64,000 bases of DNA from Candidatus Nanosyncoccaceae bacterium (GTDB lineage: Bacteria; Patescibacteriota; Saccharimonadia; Saccharimonadales; Saccharimonadaceae). Made by a program: the position numbers and the translations under genes. Positions 62,720 to 64,000 of this stretch are shown in pieces. Where the stretch lies: positions 124,385 to 188,384 of the forward strand of contig JAZSOA010000012.1 of the NCBI GenBank assembly GCA_045536655.1. The letters are read 5' to 3'. How positions within the stretch are numbered: position 1 is the stretch's first letter; each line of letters begins with the position of its first letter. The notes under the pieces were generated by a model that had not been told where the DNA came from, did no database searches, and worked only from the letters and a program-made list of their open reading frames with translations.

Positions 62720-63244
62720 TCACTGTTTTCTAAGATAGACATCGCCTACCTTGTTTCCAAAGAGGATTCGTAGACAGCCATCACTATTCGCAATATGACG
62801 AATATCCGCCTCGATTAGAAAATCGAGATAGTACTTGACGACCTGCAATGCAGTATCTCCGCTCTTTGGATTCGTGTACATCATGGCATAGCACAAAGCC
62901 GTCCTGCGCAGCTTGTCGTTATCGCAGCATCCAATTGGATAGCCGCTCCCGGGTCTACCATAACGACCATGCAGAGCTCGATTTGCCAAATCCGTAGCCT
63001 TCACCAAATAGTTGTCAAGCGCGTTGCCGTAGCTCAGACCGCGGTCATAGCCGTAATCGTAGTCCTCGAGCAGGATTACCTCGCCGGCCTCAGAGTTACG
63101 AAGCTCCTCAACCAACCAACCAAGACGGTCGATGATGCTTTCGCATACATCAGGAATCTGCTGGCATTTGTCCATGATCAAGCTTTCACGATTATTATCT
63201 ATGTTGATAAAAATCCCGTAAATCTCCTCATACAAAGCAGCCAT
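62720..63244 (-). CDS. Hypothetical cytoplasmic protein (174 aa from ATG 63244)
   Basis: GGAGAGAG SD plus ATG (MAALYEEIYG...). No recognisable motif. Confidence 0.5.
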   Translation of the reverse strand: MAALYEEIYGIFINIDNNRESLIMDKCQQIPDVCESIIDRLGWLVEELRNSEAGEVILLEDYDYGYDRGLSYGNALDNYLVKATDLANRALHGRYGRPGSGYPIGCCDNDKLRRTALCYAMMYTNPKSGDTALQVVKYYLDFLIEADIRHIANSDGCLRILFGNKVGDVYLRKQ

Positions 63245-63451
63245 TTTTCTCTCTCCTTTCAAGCGGGGGGCGAATAATAAGGAACAAAAAGATGCATTTA
63301 TTATAGCACACAATTTAGTATTTGTCAAGAATACGCTGATACGTCATGTAGCCGTGAGTTCTGGTTCAAAATACTATTATTTCTTAAGCTGGAATCTAGA
63401 ACTAATCCCAAGCGGCAATTTGTTATAAATCTCTATATCGTAATTGGCTTT

Positions 63452-64000
63452 TTAATACCGTATCACTGGCCTCAGACCGTTTTTTCGCATTACTTCCCGA
63501 AGCTCATCGCCCTTCGAATTTAAAATCTCAACAGCCATATCCCGGGCCTGCTTATTGGTGGCATTTATTTCCACCCGAATAGATTCGGGTCTATCGTATT
63601 CATAATCATCGCCACAATCTAAGTGAGAATACATCCAGGTTGGGTATATTCGAACTACGACATCGTCTTTTAATGGGGAAAGCCAACCTGTTATAGCCTC
63701 AGTAATCGAATCATCCACGATGTCTTTACCAGTCAACCCATCATATCCACCAAAAAACACTTCGCCAGTCAGATCTTCGACATATTCGCGTCCAAATACA
63801 CCCTGGAGCAACTCGGTATATGCCTCGATGCCTTCGTTGCGCAGTTCTGGTTCTTTCGTATGCATAATATGCATTACGCTATTGAGATAATCGCAATACT
63901 TATCATAATCTGCATCACTGTTTATGAAACTAAAAAGATCTCCCCCATCCCACACTACACCTTCGACATTGCGACTCTTTCTTTCAAGCTTAATTAAATC
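63452..64000 (-). CDS. Hypothetical acidic protein, possibly 5'-truncated by the window edge
   Basis: The frame stays open from 63452 to base 64000 (..DLIKLERKSRNVEGVVWDGGDLFSF..). The first in-window start is GTG 63955. Confidence 0.45.
   Translation of the reverse strand, partial: DLIKLERKSRNVEGVVWDGGDLFSFINSDADYDKYCDYLNSVMHIMHTKEPELRNEGIEAYTELLQGVFGREYVEDLTGEVFFGGYDGLTGKDIVDDSITEAITGWLSPLKDDVVVRIYPTWMYSHLDCGDDYEYDRPESIRVEINATNKQARDMAVEILNSKGDELREVMRKNGLRPVIRY

Overview
This 64-kb window looks like a small-genome, moderately AT-rich bacterium. Inferred from gene content only, with no search run, it is probably Patescibacteria/CPR, Saccharibacteria-like. Supporting content: MurT/GatD, a type IV pilin-like protein, a 1767-aa InlB-B-repeat surface protein, nucleotide salvage (tdk-tmk-ung), a GH13 amylase, a DNA-repair block, and no classical biosynthetic operons. 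About 55 protein genes and three tRNAs (Phe-GAA, Ala-UGC, Gln-UUG) are supported, plus many intrinsic terminators. Promoters are strikingly uniform (TGnTAnAAT) and often sit 6-9 nt before the ATG, which implies leaderless mRNAs.

Most interesting observations:
1. Operon at 1.1-11.3 kb with ten translationally coupled genes. It joins an archaeal-style lipid activation and head-group module (CarS-like, UbiA-family, CDP-alcohol phosphatidyltransferase, PS decarboxylase) to two PpsA/rifampicin-phosphotransferase-like swivel-His kinases, a GNAT-like protein and an adenylate-forming ligase.
2. DNA-repair neighbourhood at 53-62 kb. It holds a 690-bp non-coding region full of IR-N9-IR hairpins, candidate sRNAs, and a conserved leader RNA motif carrying a 2-codon mini-ORF. 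It also holds a GC-rich four-CxxC zinc-finger ORF with no in-frame start codon, and a small protein translationally coupled to dinB that has a paralog at 25.2 kb.
3. A cutinase-like gene whose signal peptide is separated from the mature domain by an in-frame TGA.
4. tRNA-Ala flanked by duplicated fragments of itself.
5. GC-rich single-gene cassettes, each with its own promoter and terminator.
6. A shared [NS]PDT[LS]D sorting-signal-like tail that also occurs internally in the giant surface ORF.

All calls rest on reading motifs and hand translation. Hairpin and promoter coordinates may be off by 1-2 nt.
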